In this document: positions 18,945 to 29,209 of the stretch, piece after piece
Layout: every line of letters starts with the position of its first letter
How positions within the stretch are numbered: position 1 is the stretch's first letter
Sequence record: MK327935.1
Direction: 5' to 3' (one strand)
Source: Escherichia phage vB_EcoM_G2494
Length of the DNA stretch: 64,000 bases
Position numbers and translations under genes: made by a program
The notes under the pieces: generated by a model
The model's database searches: none
What the model was told of the DNA's origin: nothing
Seen by the model: only the letters and a program-made list of their open reading frames with translations

Positions 18945-20146
18945 AGGGAAGTAAGGTCAAAGCTCATCATCCAACGGTAAGCATTTGGCACAGGTTCTTT
19001 TACGAATGCGCCTGGATACGTCTGCTTAGGCTGTATCTTATTTTCCGGTACTACTTTACCCTCAGCTTTCAGAGATCCGAAGATAATAGCATCCCATACT
19101 TTCATCGGGTTATAAACATGGTTAAATTTAATCTTTGCATAGAAACATAGACTATACACAAGATCGATAAATCCACGCTTTTTATCAATCGCCAACACAC
19201 GATCAACGTCGCCGATGTTATAATCGATGTAAAGTTGATGGTTGTCATCACGCAATTTCTTTAACGGACCATCATAATCAACCTTACCGATTCCTGTCTC
19301 ATATTCAGCAACATAATCTAACGCATATGTTGGTTGAGTCGTAAAGCTAAATTTCTTGTACAGGTCAATATAATCAAGGCTTTCGATCCCCATGATCGTA
19401 AATGCTTCACGCTCGTTGCCAAAATCATCCTGTGAGATTCGGGATTTAATCTTACCGCACGGGCTTAGACGGTTAGCGGTTCTACTTCCGAACTTATTAC
19501 TGATACGTTTAATGATATATGGAATATCGAATGTTTCTGTGTTCCAGCCAGTGAAACCAACGGGTCGGTTTTCCTCAAAGAATCGGATGTATTCTAACAG
19601 CAATTCATCTTCTGTGTCATAGACGTTATAAACAACACGTTCTACAATATCTGGGCGAAGAATAGACTTGCTTGCTTCCCAAGATTCACCGTTTTTTCCT
19701 TTCAAATCAAATACAAAGAAACGATCATGTACGGAATCATAATGCGTAATTGCATCGATAGGATATTTCGCTTCTTCTGGTTTAGGAAATTCTGGGGCAG
19801 TGACCTCAATATCAACCCATGCTACACGGATTTTATTTCGGTCATATCGAATCTCTCCTTTATACGTATCGGACAGATAGGAGATGATAAAATCATCCAT
19901 CCCTAGTGCCTCTTGCCCCATCTCCCCCATCTTTTTACGCCATTTGTTGGCCTCGTTCATAGAGGGGAATTTTTTAGCAATGCAAGGCTTGCCATAGATA
20001 TCTTTATAATTCGTAACCATACCAGGCGCGGCATGATGAAATAAAGTTGGCGTATATTCAACGTAACGCTCTTGTTCTTGTCCAGCATCATCAATATAAC
20101 GCTCGTAGATCTTATCACCCACTCGCTCACATGACAGAAAATACAT
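18945..20146 (-). CDS. 43: DNA polymerase gp43, 5' exon / N-terminal fragment
   Basis: Collinear with T4 gp43 N-terminal and exonuclease domains up to MSFDLTSL; start set to ATG (MYFLSCERVGDKIYERYID) with GAAGGAG SD. Confidence 0.88.
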
Positions 20147-20177
20147 AATATAAACTCCTTCACTTACGAAAGACACT

Positions 20178-20209
20178 CATTATAGGGGAATCGACTTAGT
20201 TTGTCAATA
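20178..20209 (-). promoter_or_regulatory. sigma70-type promoter upstream of gene 43
   Basis: minus-strand TTGACA - 17 nt - TATAAT ~30 nt upstream of the gene-43 ATG; flanked by inverted repeat ATAGGGG/CCCCTAT. Confidence 0.5.
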
Positions 20210-20228
20210 CCCCTATCCCATCAGTATC

Positions 20229-20591
20229 TTAGCGTCCGATCTGATATTTCTCGATCAGTGTCCATTCTTCTTTCTGTTTGAAAGATAGTACACGGAAATT
20301 ATTAACTTCGGTAGTTTCAAAATCATTATCAATCAGGGTACACAGATTCCACTGCGCCAGAAGTTTTGCAATGTTATTACGGCGTAATTCATCTTCCCAC
20401 GTCATTTTAACACTACGACCATCTAATTTCAACAACTCCTTGAAATGAACGATGTAATAGCGCCCCTTCTTCTGGAGAATATGACAAGACTGATACAGTG
20501 TCTTGTCTCGATTGTTGGCAATGCCGCAGCGGGTTAAAGTTTCCTTAATTTTAAGGAAGTTTTCAGGACTAATCAAATTAATTTCAATCAT
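20229..20591 (-). CDS. regA: RegA translational repressor
   Basis: 120 aa; near-identical blocks to T4 RegA (KETLTR, ANN-DK-LYQSCHILQKKG-YYIVHFKE). Confidence 0.9.
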   Translation of the reverse strand: MIEINLISPENFLKIKETLTRCGIANNRDKTLYQSCHILQKKGRYYIVHFKELLKLDGRSVKMTWEDELRRNNIAKLLAQWNLCTLIDNDFETTEVNNFRVLSFKQKEEWTLIEKYQIGR

Positions 20592-20592
20592 T

Positions 20593-21171
20593 TTACCACC
20601 TTTCTATAATCTTTTTAAGTCGTTTCCTTTCTGTCTGATTCTTAGTAACACCCGCCAAAAGTTCATCGGTCGCATACGGTTTAATGTGCTTCAATAACTT
20701 GTCCATATATCCCTTTTCATTAGCCAAATCGAGATAAAACCGGGCGTCATCCATATTTACACAATATGCTTTCGCCACTGCCATTAAAACCAATTTTTGG
20801 TCCAATTCTTCTGTTAGTTTAGCCCATTTACCGTATCGTTTCCCCTTAGAAATACTCTGTAAGAGATAATCAAAATGCATTTGATCTGGGAGGCCATGAC
20901 CGATTAAATTCATCACATACGCGCTATATAGGCAATCTGCGTGCTGGGAAAGAGCGGTGTTAATCCATCTCTGGTTATATGCAGAATTGTTTCCCACATT
21001 AACGCGCTGTTTATCTAAGGTGATATGATCCATCAGAGCAAATAATGCATTGTCGGTTTTCTCGGTGAATGTATCCGCTAATTCAGACACCTTTTCCCAA
21101 TCACGAGAGCGCCATGCAATTTCATGCTCGTTTAATTGTGTATCATCTTCACCGAAAAATTGACCTAACAT
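20593..21171 (-). CDS. 62: clamp loader small subunit
   Basis: 192 aa; KRYGKWAKL block and collinearity with T4 gp62; upstream of regA as in T4. Confidence 0.8.
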   Translation of the reverse strand: MLGQFFGEDDTQLNEHEIAWRSRDWEKVSELADTFTEKTDNALFALMDHITLDKQRVNVGNNSAYNQRWINTALSQHADCLYSAYVMNLIGHGLPDQMHFDYLLQSISKGKRYGKWAKLTEELDQKLVLMAVAKAYCVNMDDARFYLDLANEKGYMDKLLKHIKPYATDELLAGVTKNQTERKRLKKIIERW

Positions 21172-22160
21172 TATACGAACTCCAATTCAACCATTAATTG
21201 CATTAACAAAAAGACAATGTGAATCTCTTTATCAGCCGCGTGCGCAAACATCTGATTATTTTCACCGATAATCTCAGTGAGACGAATAATAGAAGCTGGC
21301 TTAACTTGAGTATACAACTCATTATAAAGTTTCTTGACAAATTGAGCGTATGTATTGGTATATCGCGGTGCAAGTTTACGCACATTAGCAAACTGTTTAG
21401 TTTTAAGTGCTTCCACCACATCGGTTACTTCGGTATTGCTACTTTCGATAACCATGCTTAATACGCCAGCATCAATTTTACCATGTTTAGCGTAGCGGTC
21501 CAAAAGTTTCATTACGCGCCGGAAGTCTGGGAAGTTCTGCTTAACCAATTCCGCTAATACGCGCATTTCTTCTACTGGTACACCTTCTTTATCAAGAATT
21601 GCCTTACACCGGACGATCATTTCTTTCATCATGCGAAGCTGATCATCTTTAGTCGGAGATCCAAACGTGATGGGATCAAATCGAGATCGTAACGCTGGGA
21701 TAATACCTTCTAGATCGTTTGCTGTGATAATGAATGTCACGTTGTTTGAGTATGCCTCAGAGAAACTACGCAAGTGTCTTTGAGCATCAGCCAACCCCGC
21801 TCGGTCATACTCATCGATAATAACAACTTTGCCTTTTTCTCGTTTTTCTTCATCGAGTGATACACTCTGCGCAAAGCGTGTAATCTCATCGCGGATAAAA
21901 TCAATCTTACAATCTGCGCCGTTAACAAACAGATAATCAACACCCACATCTTCGCAAAGCGCCTTAGCAACGGTTGTTTTACCAGTACCCGGCGATGGGC
22001 TATGCAGGATCATAGAAGGGATTCGGCCTTGCTTAACAATCTGCGCGAAGATCTTTTTATCTGCTTCCGGCAGAATACATTCAGAAATTGATTTCGGACG
22101 GTATTTCTGTTCCCACTGAAACTCATTTTCATTAACACTCAGCATATAATCACCTCTCAC
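21171..22160 (-). CDS. 44: clamp loader large subunit (AAA+ ATPase)
   Basis: 329 aa; Walker A SPSPGTGKTT, AAA+ sensor motifs; T4 gene order 45-44-62. Confidence 0.9.
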   Translation of the reverse strand: MRGDYMLSVNENEFQWEQKYRPKSISECILPEADKKIFAQIVKQGRIPSMILHSPSPGTGKTTVAKALCEDVGVDYLFVNGADCKIDFIRDEITRFAQSVSLDEEKREKGKVVIIDEYDRAGLADAQRHLRSFSEAYSNNVTFIITANDLEGIIPALRSRFDPITFGSPTKDDQLRMMKEMIVRCKAILDKEGVPVEEMRVLAELVKQNFPDFRRVMKLLDRYAKHGKIDAGVLSMVIESSNTEVTDVVEALKTKQFANVRKLAPRYTNTYAQFVKKLYNELYTQVKPASIIRLTEIIGENNQMFAHAADKEIHIVFLLMQLMVELEFV

Positions 22161-22210
22161 AAATTACATCATTAAAACGGGGAGTATTTACACTCCCCAC
22201 AAACATTATA

Positions 22211-22900
22211 TTAGTCGGTGTAGCTGGAGTCAAGGTCACACGCGATCATATAAGATACGGTTTCACTTGCCAGCCATACAGCCTTACGGCGAGTGAAGCT
22301 CAGTTTGTAATCGCCGAAGTCAGTAGCAACCAGTTTCATGTTATCTTTACGAATAAAGAAATGGAAGTCTGCGGTTCCGGTATATTCGCCCATATCAAGA
22401 CAAAACATCTCATTAGGATTATTTTTGTCAATCTCTTCCCAGCCTTTGATCATCAGACGACCATCAATCGGAAGAAATTCAAGGCGATCCACTTTAAGCT
22501 GATTGCTCATTTTCATAAGCTGTTTCAGATCGTCGTTGCTCAGTTCGTAATCTACATCGCTTGCAGGTGGAGTAACTCGGCCTTTCGGTGATACGATAGC
22601 AGCAGCACTAGCACCAGGGTAATTAATTTTCAGACGATCATTAGACACACGAATGTTACCAGTGCGGTCATCAACCGTAATATCTGCTTCATCGCCCACC
22701 AGATTCAGAATGCCCAGGAAAGAGTTAAGATCATAGATCCCGATTTCGTGTTCCAGTTCTTGATTCAGAGTCGCTTCACCATATACAACGTTTGTCATGT
22801 TTTTGGTGATTAGGACGTTTCCTTTTTTCAGGATGATACCTGGGTTAATAGCGGAAAAGTTTTTCAGGGTAGCAATGGTTTCTTTAGTCAGTTTCATCAA
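22211..22900 (-). CDS. 45: sliding clamp
   Basis: 229 aa; size and collinearity with T4 gp45. Confidence 0.88.
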   Translation of the reverse strand: MMKLTKETIATLKNFSAINPGIILKKGNVLITKNMTNVVYGEATLNQELEHEIGIYDLNSFLGILNLVGDEADITVDDRTGNIRVSNDRLKINYPGASAAAIVSPKGRVTPPASDVDYELSNDDLKQLMKMSNQLKVDRLEFLPIDGRLMIKGWEEIDKNNPNEMFCLDMGEYTGTADFHFFIRKDNMKLVATDFGDYKLSFTRRKAVWLASETVSYMIACDLDSSYTD

Positions 22901-22927
22901 ATCACCTTTATCATGTTAATCAATTAA

Positions 22928-23326
22928 TTACGGGTTTACTTCGTGCTCATTTTGAATCTTTAGCATTCTTTCGATAAATTTTTTCTCGGCTTCCTTATCG
23001 GATGAGTGAGTATACTTCAATCCAATGTAAGCTGTCAAGTATTGTTGCAGAGCATAGACAGTAACAGGATTCTTTGCGGTCTTTTTTCCGTCGAGATATA
23101 CAAGATCACCACGAACATCAAACGCAAGTTTACGACGAATCACATCATCAACAAATTTATCTAGGACAAAATACCACTCAATACACTCTATCCCGTGACG
23201 GTAGTTCATTACATCATTATCTTTGATATAGTCAAACGGAATATGACATAATTTACTATTTTGTAGGATGAATAGCATTTGTTCTTTTAAGCTCATACGT
23301 TTCATTCTATCACTTCCCATCAGCAA
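22928..23326 (-). CDS. rpbA: RNA polymerase binding protein A (by position)
   Basis: 132-aa ORF immediately upstream of gene 45, as rpbA in T4; sequence identity not verified. Confidence 0.5.
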   Translation of the reverse strand: MLMGSDRMKRMSLKEQMLFILQNSKLCHIPFDYIKDNDVMNYRHGIECIEWYFVLDKFVDDVIRRKLAFDVRGDLVYLDGKKTAKNPVTVYALQQYLTAYIGLKYTHSSDKEAEKKFIERMLKIQNEHEVNP

Positions 23327-23687
23327 TTGCGATCAGACGAGTTACTACTACGCTAGCGGCTTCAATCAGCAGTTCATCAGTGTCAATCTGATAACCTTTT
23401 TCGAGAATATCTTTACCTCGAATAGTTTTAGCGCCTTTAGCAATTGAATCATCGTAATACTTGCGCATTGCCGCGATCCATTCTTTTTGCACCATATCAT
23501 CAATATGCGCGTACAGTTCAAAGCGTGCTTGCTGCGGGATAACCTTCATTTTAGCTTTCTCGGTTTCCGGCATTTGTAGTACCCACGCTTTACGGATCTT
23601 GTTCATTGCTCGGTCAAATTCGAGACTGGTTTTCTTGTTCTGAATGTCTGCTACAGTAATTTTAGCCAGGTTTGCGGAAGTAGTCAT
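23310..23687 (-). CDS. hypothetical protein
   Basis: Listed ORF trimmed to MTTSANLAK... preceded by GGAG SD. Confidence 0.45.
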   Translation of the reverse strand: MTTSANLAKITVADIQNKKTSLEFDRAMNKIRKAWVLQMPETEKAKMKVIPQQARFELYAHIDDMVQKEWIAAMRKYYDDSIAKGAKTIRGKDILEKGYQIDTDELLIEAASVVVTRLIAIADGK

Positions 23688-23718
23688 AATATTAATCTCC
23701 AAAAATAAAATCAGTATA

Positions 23719-23949
23719 TCACGTTCTAAAGTTTGTTGCAACCCCAGCATCAGGGTAATCAAGTTTATCAAAGTTGGGGACCAGCATAAACTCATGATGA
23801 CGACAAGACAACATTTTTGTTATGTCTGCATCGCTGTATATGCTGTTTTTCATATCCCCCATACTAACTACATATTCTTCACCGGAATATAGATTGATTA
23901 AGGTATACAATTCTAACTCCGGCTGCGTTACTCTGTCAAATGTTAACAT
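23719..23949 (-). CDS. hypothetical protein
   Basis: 76-aa ORF between gene 46 and the next small ORF. Confidence 0.35.
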   Translation of the reverse strand: MLTFDRVTQPELELYTLINLYSGEEYVVSMGDMKNSIYSDADITKMLSCRHHEFMLVPNFDKLDYPDAGVATNFRT

Positions 23950-25633
23950 TCATTTCAGTGAATCGCCCACGTTTAACCATCTTGAGATGACGGCTAAAAT
24001 CATCAGGGTTATGGTCACGATGGCTGATAATATACACGTTATCATCTAACTTGTCAATGATGGAATCAAGTGCTTTTACGCCTTGAACGTCCGTAGCCCC
24101 ATCATAAATTTCGTCGAGTACCAACAAAGAAATATTAGTACCAGATACTTTACCAGCAACATCACGCCATGTAAAGAGCATCGCAAGGTCAATACGTGCC
24201 TTTTCGCCTTGACTGAATGATGTATACGAAAACGATTCACGCCCCCGTGATTTGATTGTTTCGTTAAACTCTTCATCTAGCGTAAAGATATAATCCGCTT
24301 CCATGATATCAAGATAATACGCAATCCGATCATTGAAATATGGAATATATTTCTTGACGATAGACGCCTTAACACCGGAATCCTTCAACATTTCTGTTAC
24401 AAATCCACGATGATATTTTTCAAGAACTAGCTTTGATTTTTCATTAGTGATCTCTACCAGTTCGTGTTCCAGTTTAGCAAGTTCTTCGGAATTGTCAACC
24501 CTTTCTTTTTGTAATTCCTGAATTGCTTTCTGGATCTGTTTAGCCCGACCTACAGATGCCGTTAAATTCGCTCTCTGTGACTCTATAGCGCGTTTAATTT
24601 CCAAGACCTTAGTTTGTGCTGTCTGGAAAGAATTGGCTTTCTCTGCGTATTCTACGCGTTTCTCGTCAATCAGAGACAGTTTATGTTCTGCTTGTGCTTT
24701 TTGTTCGCGTACAGCTTGATCATTACCCTGAATGATCGGTTGTGTGCACGTAGGACAGATCCCTCCTTTCTCGTGCATATGGATAACACGATCAAAGTTC
24801 TGGATCTGCGCACCAATCTGTGCGATAGCAGTATTAATTTTAGCCAATGCCGCGCTAGGATCTTCCGGCATAACAACAGCCAATAGCTCATCGGTCAAGC
24901 GCGTTTCTTCGGCTTTAAATGCTTTAGCCGATTCTACCTCTTTATCATACATATTTTGTAAACGCTGGAGATTCTCGGCACTCGCCTTGCTAGCGTCTTC
25001 TATGTACTTTTTATGAGTGTTGATTTGTTGCTGAACGTGATTAGCTTTCATTTCCTGCATTTGGATATTCTGGGTAATCTCGCGCACATACGCTTTATTC
25101 AGTTTATCCATTTCGCCTAGCGTAGCAATATCAAGCAAATCCTCGACCAGTTTACGGCGACCCGCTGCCGGAAGACTCATAAACGGAACATAACCAGCAG
25201 TGCCTAAAACAACGATCTGTTTGAAGCTGGCTAGGTTCATGCCTATGATACCTTCAAAATATTCCTGAAAGTCTTTGGTGCTTGCGCTCTCGTCGATCTT
25301 TTGACCGTCGCGATGCACTTCGAATACTTCCGGTTTTTGACCACGTTTGATATAAAACTCTTTCCCGTCCAGTTCAAACCAGACTTCGACTAACAGTTTC
25401 TTTTTGTTGACGCTGTTAATCAATTGGCCTTTCTTGATACTACGAAACGGTTTACCGAACAACACAAAGCAAAGCGCCTCGATCATGGTCGATTTACCAG
25501 CACCGTTAACACCAGTGATTAGTGTCTTTTTGAATCCGTCTAGCTGAATCTCTACAGGTTCAGCACCCACGCTCATTATATTTTGATAGCGCAAGGTTTT
25601 AAAATTTAACTTTGCCATTAAGCCACTCCGCAA
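23936..25633 (-). CDS. 46: recombination endonuclease subunit (SbcC/Rad50-like)
   Basis: 565 aa; Walker A GVNGAGKST, coiled-coil middle with CPTC zinc hook, C-terminal signature/Walker B (LLVLDE); collinear with T4 gp46. Confidence 0.9.
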   Translation of the reverse strand: MRSGLMAKLNFKTLRYQNIMSVGAEPVEIQLDGFKKTLITGVNGAGKSTMIEALCFVLFGKPFRSIKKGQLINSVNKKKLLVEVWFELDGKEFYIKRGQKPEVFEVHRDGQKIDESASTKDFQEYFEGIIGMNLASFKQIVVLGTAGYVPFMSLPAAGRRKLVEDLLDIATLGEMDKLNKAYVREITQNIQMQEMKANHVQQQINTHKKYIEDASKASAENLQRLQNMYDKEVESAKAFKAEETRLTDELLAVVMPEDPSAALAKINTAIAQIGAQIQNFDRVIHMHEKGGICPTCTQPIIQGNDQAVREQKAQAEHKLSLIDEKRVEYAEKANSFQTAQTKVLEIKRAIESQRANLTASVGRAKQIQKAIQELQKERVDNSEELAKLEHELVEITNEKSKLVLEKYHRGFVTEMLKDSGVKASIVKKYIPYFNDRIAYYLDIMEADYIFTLDEEFNETIKSRGRESFSYTSFSQGEKARIDLAMLFTWRDVAGKVSGTNISLLVLDEIYDGATDVQGVKALDSIIDKLDDNVYIISHRDHNPDDFSRHLKMVKRGRFTEMNVNI

Positions 25634-25862
25634 TCACACATTCCATAATATTAAATGCTAACACATCTTCATCAATGTTGTAAACACTTGCTGCCTTCAC
25701 TTTAACTAATGTGTCTCTGCGATCTGGCAGCATGATCACATAATCCAGTGTCGCAGGATCATATGTCATAAAGGGATCAACATAAATCCCTTTATTCAAT
25801 GCCAGATATTCGCGAAGACCTTCTATAACCCTGTGTCTAAGGTAGGTCATCGATAGAATCAT
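25599..25862 (-). CDS. hypothetical protein (46.1 position)
   Basis: 87-aa ORF. Confidence 0.4.
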   Translation of the reverse strand: MILSMTYLRHRVIEGLREYLALNKGIYVDPFMTYDPATLDYVIMLPDRRDTLVKVKAASVYNIDEDVLAFNIMECVIAEWLNGKVKF

Positions 25863-26443
25863 TTTAGTTTATGTTCCTCTAAAAATTCTTCAATTTCACC
25901 TTGCAGATCTTCCGCTTGTTGTTCCAGAATATCGCGAAATTCACCTACAGTCAAGCGGTAATCACATTTCACCAGTCGATGCGGGAGAATATACCCTTTA
26001 TACATTGTCTCTGACGCTTCCAGGAATACCCCACTATGCATGACAGAGATCCAACCTGTTAGCGTCAATGGAGTATTCGGAAAATAATACTTGCTGGATT
26101 GTTTCCACTGGACGAAAGCACCATATACAATCGGATTATATTCACCAACCACACTCTTAATAATGGATTCTACTTTGTCTTTTACAAAGTCGCCAATGTC
26201 CATAGTTATCATCAACTCTTTTGGATTAATGATTTTAAGGTAACGACGGTAGCCGTCATCATACCACATCTTAACAACTGACCGATCAATATTCGCTTTC
26301 AGATAGCCATAGATCGGATTCTTGTAATATGATTGTTTTAGTGTGTACGCGTGCACCAATTCAATAAAATATTCCATTGCTACCGAATCAGGATCAGCCG
26401 CGACCATAGTCGTATTCATAATATGTTCCTCGTTCAATTTCAT
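25859..26443 (-). CDS. hypothetical protein (46.2 position)
   Basis: 194-aa ORF between genes 47 and 46. Confidence 0.5.
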   Translation of the reverse strand: MKLNEEHIMNTTMVAADPDSVAMEYFIELVHAYTLKQSYYKNPIYGYLKANIDRSVVKMWYDDGYRRYLKIINPKELMITMDIGDFVKDKVESIIKSVVGEYNPIVYGAFVQWKQSSKYYFPNTPLTLTGWISVMHSGVFLEASETMYKGYILPHRLVKCDYRLTVGEFRDILEQQAEDLQGEIEEFLEEHKLK

Positions 26444-26711
26444 ATTGTTTCAGGTCTTCTAAAAGTTCATCCACTGCTTGTTTCAGTGTATGGCGTAGCG
26501 TAAAGTAATAGCTTTCATCAAATTCTATTTCCGCGCGAGGAATAGAGCGAAACTTGCACTTAACGGTAGTATCAGTGAGTCGCTTTTCGACCATCATCCG
26601 AACTTCTTCATGCTCTTTGGAATACCATACATCAACGGAGATCCCCTTGCGTCGAGCAAACATAGGCAATGCCGCATTAAATTCCATTACCTTTTGTGCA
26701 AGTGTTTTCAT
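26394..26711 (-). CDS. hypothetical protein
   Basis: 105-aa ORF. Confidence 0.4.
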   Translation of the reverse strand: MKTLAQKVMEFNAALPMFARRKGISVDVWYSKEHEEVRMMVEKRLTDTTVKCKFRSIPRAEIEFDESYYFTLRHTLKQAVDELLEDLKQYEIERGTYYEYDYGRG

Positions 26712-26971
26712 CGTACAGACTCCATAGACCCACGAGCAATAACATTCTGGGTAATATCAGCAACCTTACGAGATACGATGTTTGTTAGCCCATCTTTGGT
26801 GATATTTTCACGATCAAATGGGATTTCGTCATGAGTCCACAAACCATAGTTAGATCGAAATGATAGCATATACTGACCATCTCGCACAACCTCGAATACA
26901 TGGATCTTAGTGAATTTCGATAAACCTTCGTTGATTTCTTTCAGTGCATTAGTAATCATAACAACCTCCAA
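26708..26971 (-). CDS. hypothetical protein
   Basis: 87-aa ORF. Confidence 0.4.
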   Translation of the reverse strand: MEVVMITNALKEINEGLSKFTKIHVFEVVRDGQYMLSFRSNYGLWTHDEIPFDRENITKDGLTNIVSRKVADITQNVIARGSMESVR

Positions 26972-27013
26972 TCAATTTTTAGAGAGTATAACGGGGATTT
27001 CTCCCCGCGTCAA

Positions 27014-28039
27014 CTAACTTTTTGCGCTATTTACTTCGGCTAAAAGTTCATCAGAAATACGCTTGACCGCCGCAAGTTCTTCCGGTTCTAGGTTTTGTTC
27101 TTCCAGATATTCATAGACCATCTGAATAGTGCTTTTAACTTCAATAACACCTGTTTCCTGTGATGCGCTACTCTCCAGCTTATGGACCACTTTTAGCTTG
27201 TGTACAACGGCCTCTAACGCGCTTTCTAACTTAGTTAACCCATTATCAGCGACCGTTGCGATAAGACGCACACTAAGCCCCTTAAAGCGTTCTACATCGA
27301 TTTTATCATCTGACGGGTAAGTGATACGCACATGATAAGTTTTGTCATTCTGGATAAACTCCTTTTTGTGTGTATCGGTATCGAATACCCAAAAACCACG
27401 CGGATCGTTTTCGTCACCCGCCGTTAGTGTGTATGGTGTACCAATATACGTTACGTTACCGCCATCACTGATAGTATGAAAGTGACCCGAAAACACTTCA
27501 CGGTATTTCTTGAGGAAGTCCGCGCTATAACCTTCGGATTTTAGCCCTTTATAGAAATAGTAACCGGACAATTCCCAATGGCCTACACAATATTCGCTGA
27601 ATGAGTTTTGAATAAACTCTAAAACCTCTGATTTATTGTCATCACAAAACCACGGGAACAGATCAAATGATACACCATCAAAGGTAACTGTTTCCGGTTT
27701 ATCGATAACCTTAATGCAATCATACTGGCTTAACACTTCGCGCGGTGCGTTAGGCTGGATCTTGTTTCGTTTAAACATATCATGATTCCCGACCGTGATA
27801 TAACAAGTAATATCAGCCTCTTCCAGTAACGGGATGACCTTAGTACGGTTAAATTTCATGGTTTCATGGGTAATTGCTTTTCGGCAATCAAACCAATCCC
27901 CTGTTTGAATCCATGTCTTAATATTATGCTCTTTGGAGTATTCAACCGCTTTCTTGATGGTATCAAGAATATACTCGTGCACCCACGGATCATCGCCACC
28001 GATACCAGTATGCAGATCACCTAAAAGCAAAATTTTCAT
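27014..28039 (-). CDS. 47: recombination endonuclease subunit (SbcD/Mre11-like)
   Basis: 341 aa; phosphoesterase motifs (GDLH, GDWFD, GNHD, GHWE, GHFH) and collinearity with T4 gp47. Confidence 0.9.
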   Translation of the reverse strand: MKILLLGDLHTGIGGDDPWVHEYILDTIKKAVEYSKEHNIKTWIQTGDWFDCRKAITHETMKFNRTKVIPLLEEADITCYITVGNHDMFKRNKIQPNAPREVLSQYDCIKVIDKPETVTFDGVSFDLFPWFCDDNKSEVLEFIQNSFSEYCVGHWELSGYYFYKGLKSEGYSADFLKKYREVFSGHFHTISDGGNVTYIGTPYTLTAGDENDPRGFWVFDTDTHKKEFIQNDKTYHVRITYPSDDKIDVERFKGLSVRLIATVADNGLTKLESALEAVVHKLKVVHKLESSASQETGVIEVKSTIQMVYEYLEEQNLEPEELAAVKRISDELLAEVNSAKS

Positions 28040-28083
28040 AGTCTCTTCCTCTCTTCGTTTTCGATGCTCTCACTATATCACAG

Positions 28084-28118
28084 AAAAATAAAAAGGGAAA
28101 CCCCTTTCAGAGTCTCCC
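28084..28118 (-). terminator. candidate intrinsic terminator
   Basis: GGGA...TCCC hairpin followed by TTTTTATTTTT on minus strand, just downstream of ORF 28130..28444; approximate. Confidence 0.35.
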
Positions 28119-28129
28119 TTATAAAGCCA

Positions 28130-28444
28130 TTACAGCATACTTAATACCGTTTGCCGTGTACTAACCCACATAGCAGAAAGCAGTTCTGGCGTGTGTGGCT
28201 GTTTGTAGATATCACGTAACTTTCCGATAGCGTAGATATACGCATCACGGTTATCATCGATGATAGCTTGTTCAGCCCACCGCTTAAGGCGTGCAATCTC
28301 TCGCGAGTTCTTACGCAAGATCTTTTCCGCTTTCTTAGCGGCTTTAGCCTCTAGTTCTGCTTGTACTTTGTCTACTTCACTCACTGCAATCTGGTCATGC
28401 TGTTCATCGTAAGTCATGTTATTTTCCTTCTGGGATATAATCAA
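28130..28444 (-). CDS. hypothetical protein
   Basis: 104-aa ORF. Confidence 0.45.
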   Translation of the reverse strand: MIISQKENNMTYDEQHDQIAVSEVDKVQAELEAKAAKKAEKILRKNSREIARLKRWAEQAIIDDNRDAYIYAIGKLRDIYKQPHTPELLSAMWVSTRQTVLSML

Positions 28445-28652
28445 TTATTAAAGAAAATTCATCTTCTGATACATTATAGCTATGTGAGATTGTACCCGTA
28501 AAGACCTCAAGATCCGGTGATTTGATATTGCACGGATCGATAATCACCGGAACGCCGCAATCTCTCAAAAATAATTTGGCGAAATACGGCACGAGGTCAG
28601 TTTCAAACTCTGCTTCTTCCAGCAAACGGGAAATGTTAATTTTCAATCTCAT
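28419..28652 (-). CDS. hypothetical protein
   Basis: 77-aa ORF. Confidence 0.35.
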   Translation of the reverse strand: MRLKINISRLLEEAEFETDLVPYFAKLFLRDCGVPVIIDPCNIKSPDLEVFTGTISHSYNVSEDEFSLIIDYIPEGK

Positions 28653-29169
28653 AAAATTGGTCCAGGCTAGGCAATTCCTCGGTCAATACATCTTCAACCT
28701 TTGGCGCTTTCGGTTTATTGACCGATTCCTCGTAGTTGTTGATTTTATCGTAAATGTCCTGTATGAATGCCTCATCAGCAATCTGGCACATATCAGCGTC
28801 GCGTTCGTCATATACATGATGCACAAAATATTTGTATTTTGCGGCTGTCGCTGTTCTCTCTTTTTTAATGCGCTGTACAAAAGCATTAAAGCACGCTTGC
28901 GTGATGTAAGCATGAGGATTTTTATACTTTGTCTCGTCAAAATTAATCAAACCCTTGACCGCCGCTTCGATTCCGTCGTCGATCATTTCTTCGCGCCATG
29001 TTTGACTATAACCAGAAAAGTTAAAACGACGTGATAGATTTTTAGAGATTTGCATAATTGCTAGGCCGATTTGATCGCTCATTGGAACTTGCCGACCTTC
29101 TGCTGCAATTTGTTGTTTCCAACGGCAAATTTCTTCGTAAAGCTCTTTATTGTTTACATAATCAGACAC
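28636..29169 (-). CDS. 55: late-transcription sigma factor
   Basis: 177 aa; long identical blocks with T4 gp55 ([47 protein letters not shown]). Confidence 0.9.
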   Translation of the reverse strand: MSDYVNNKELYEEICRWKQQIAAEGRQVPMSDQIGLAIMQISKNLSRRFNFSGYSQTWREEMIDDGIEAAVKGLINFDETKYKNPHAYITQACFNAFVQRIKKERTATAAKYKYFVHHVYDERDADMCQIADEAFIQDIYDKINNYEESVNKPKAPKVEDVLTEELPSLDQFYEIEN

Positions 29170-29209
29170 TTCGCACCCTCGCTATTATTTAGGAAATAAC
29201 CCTTTCGGG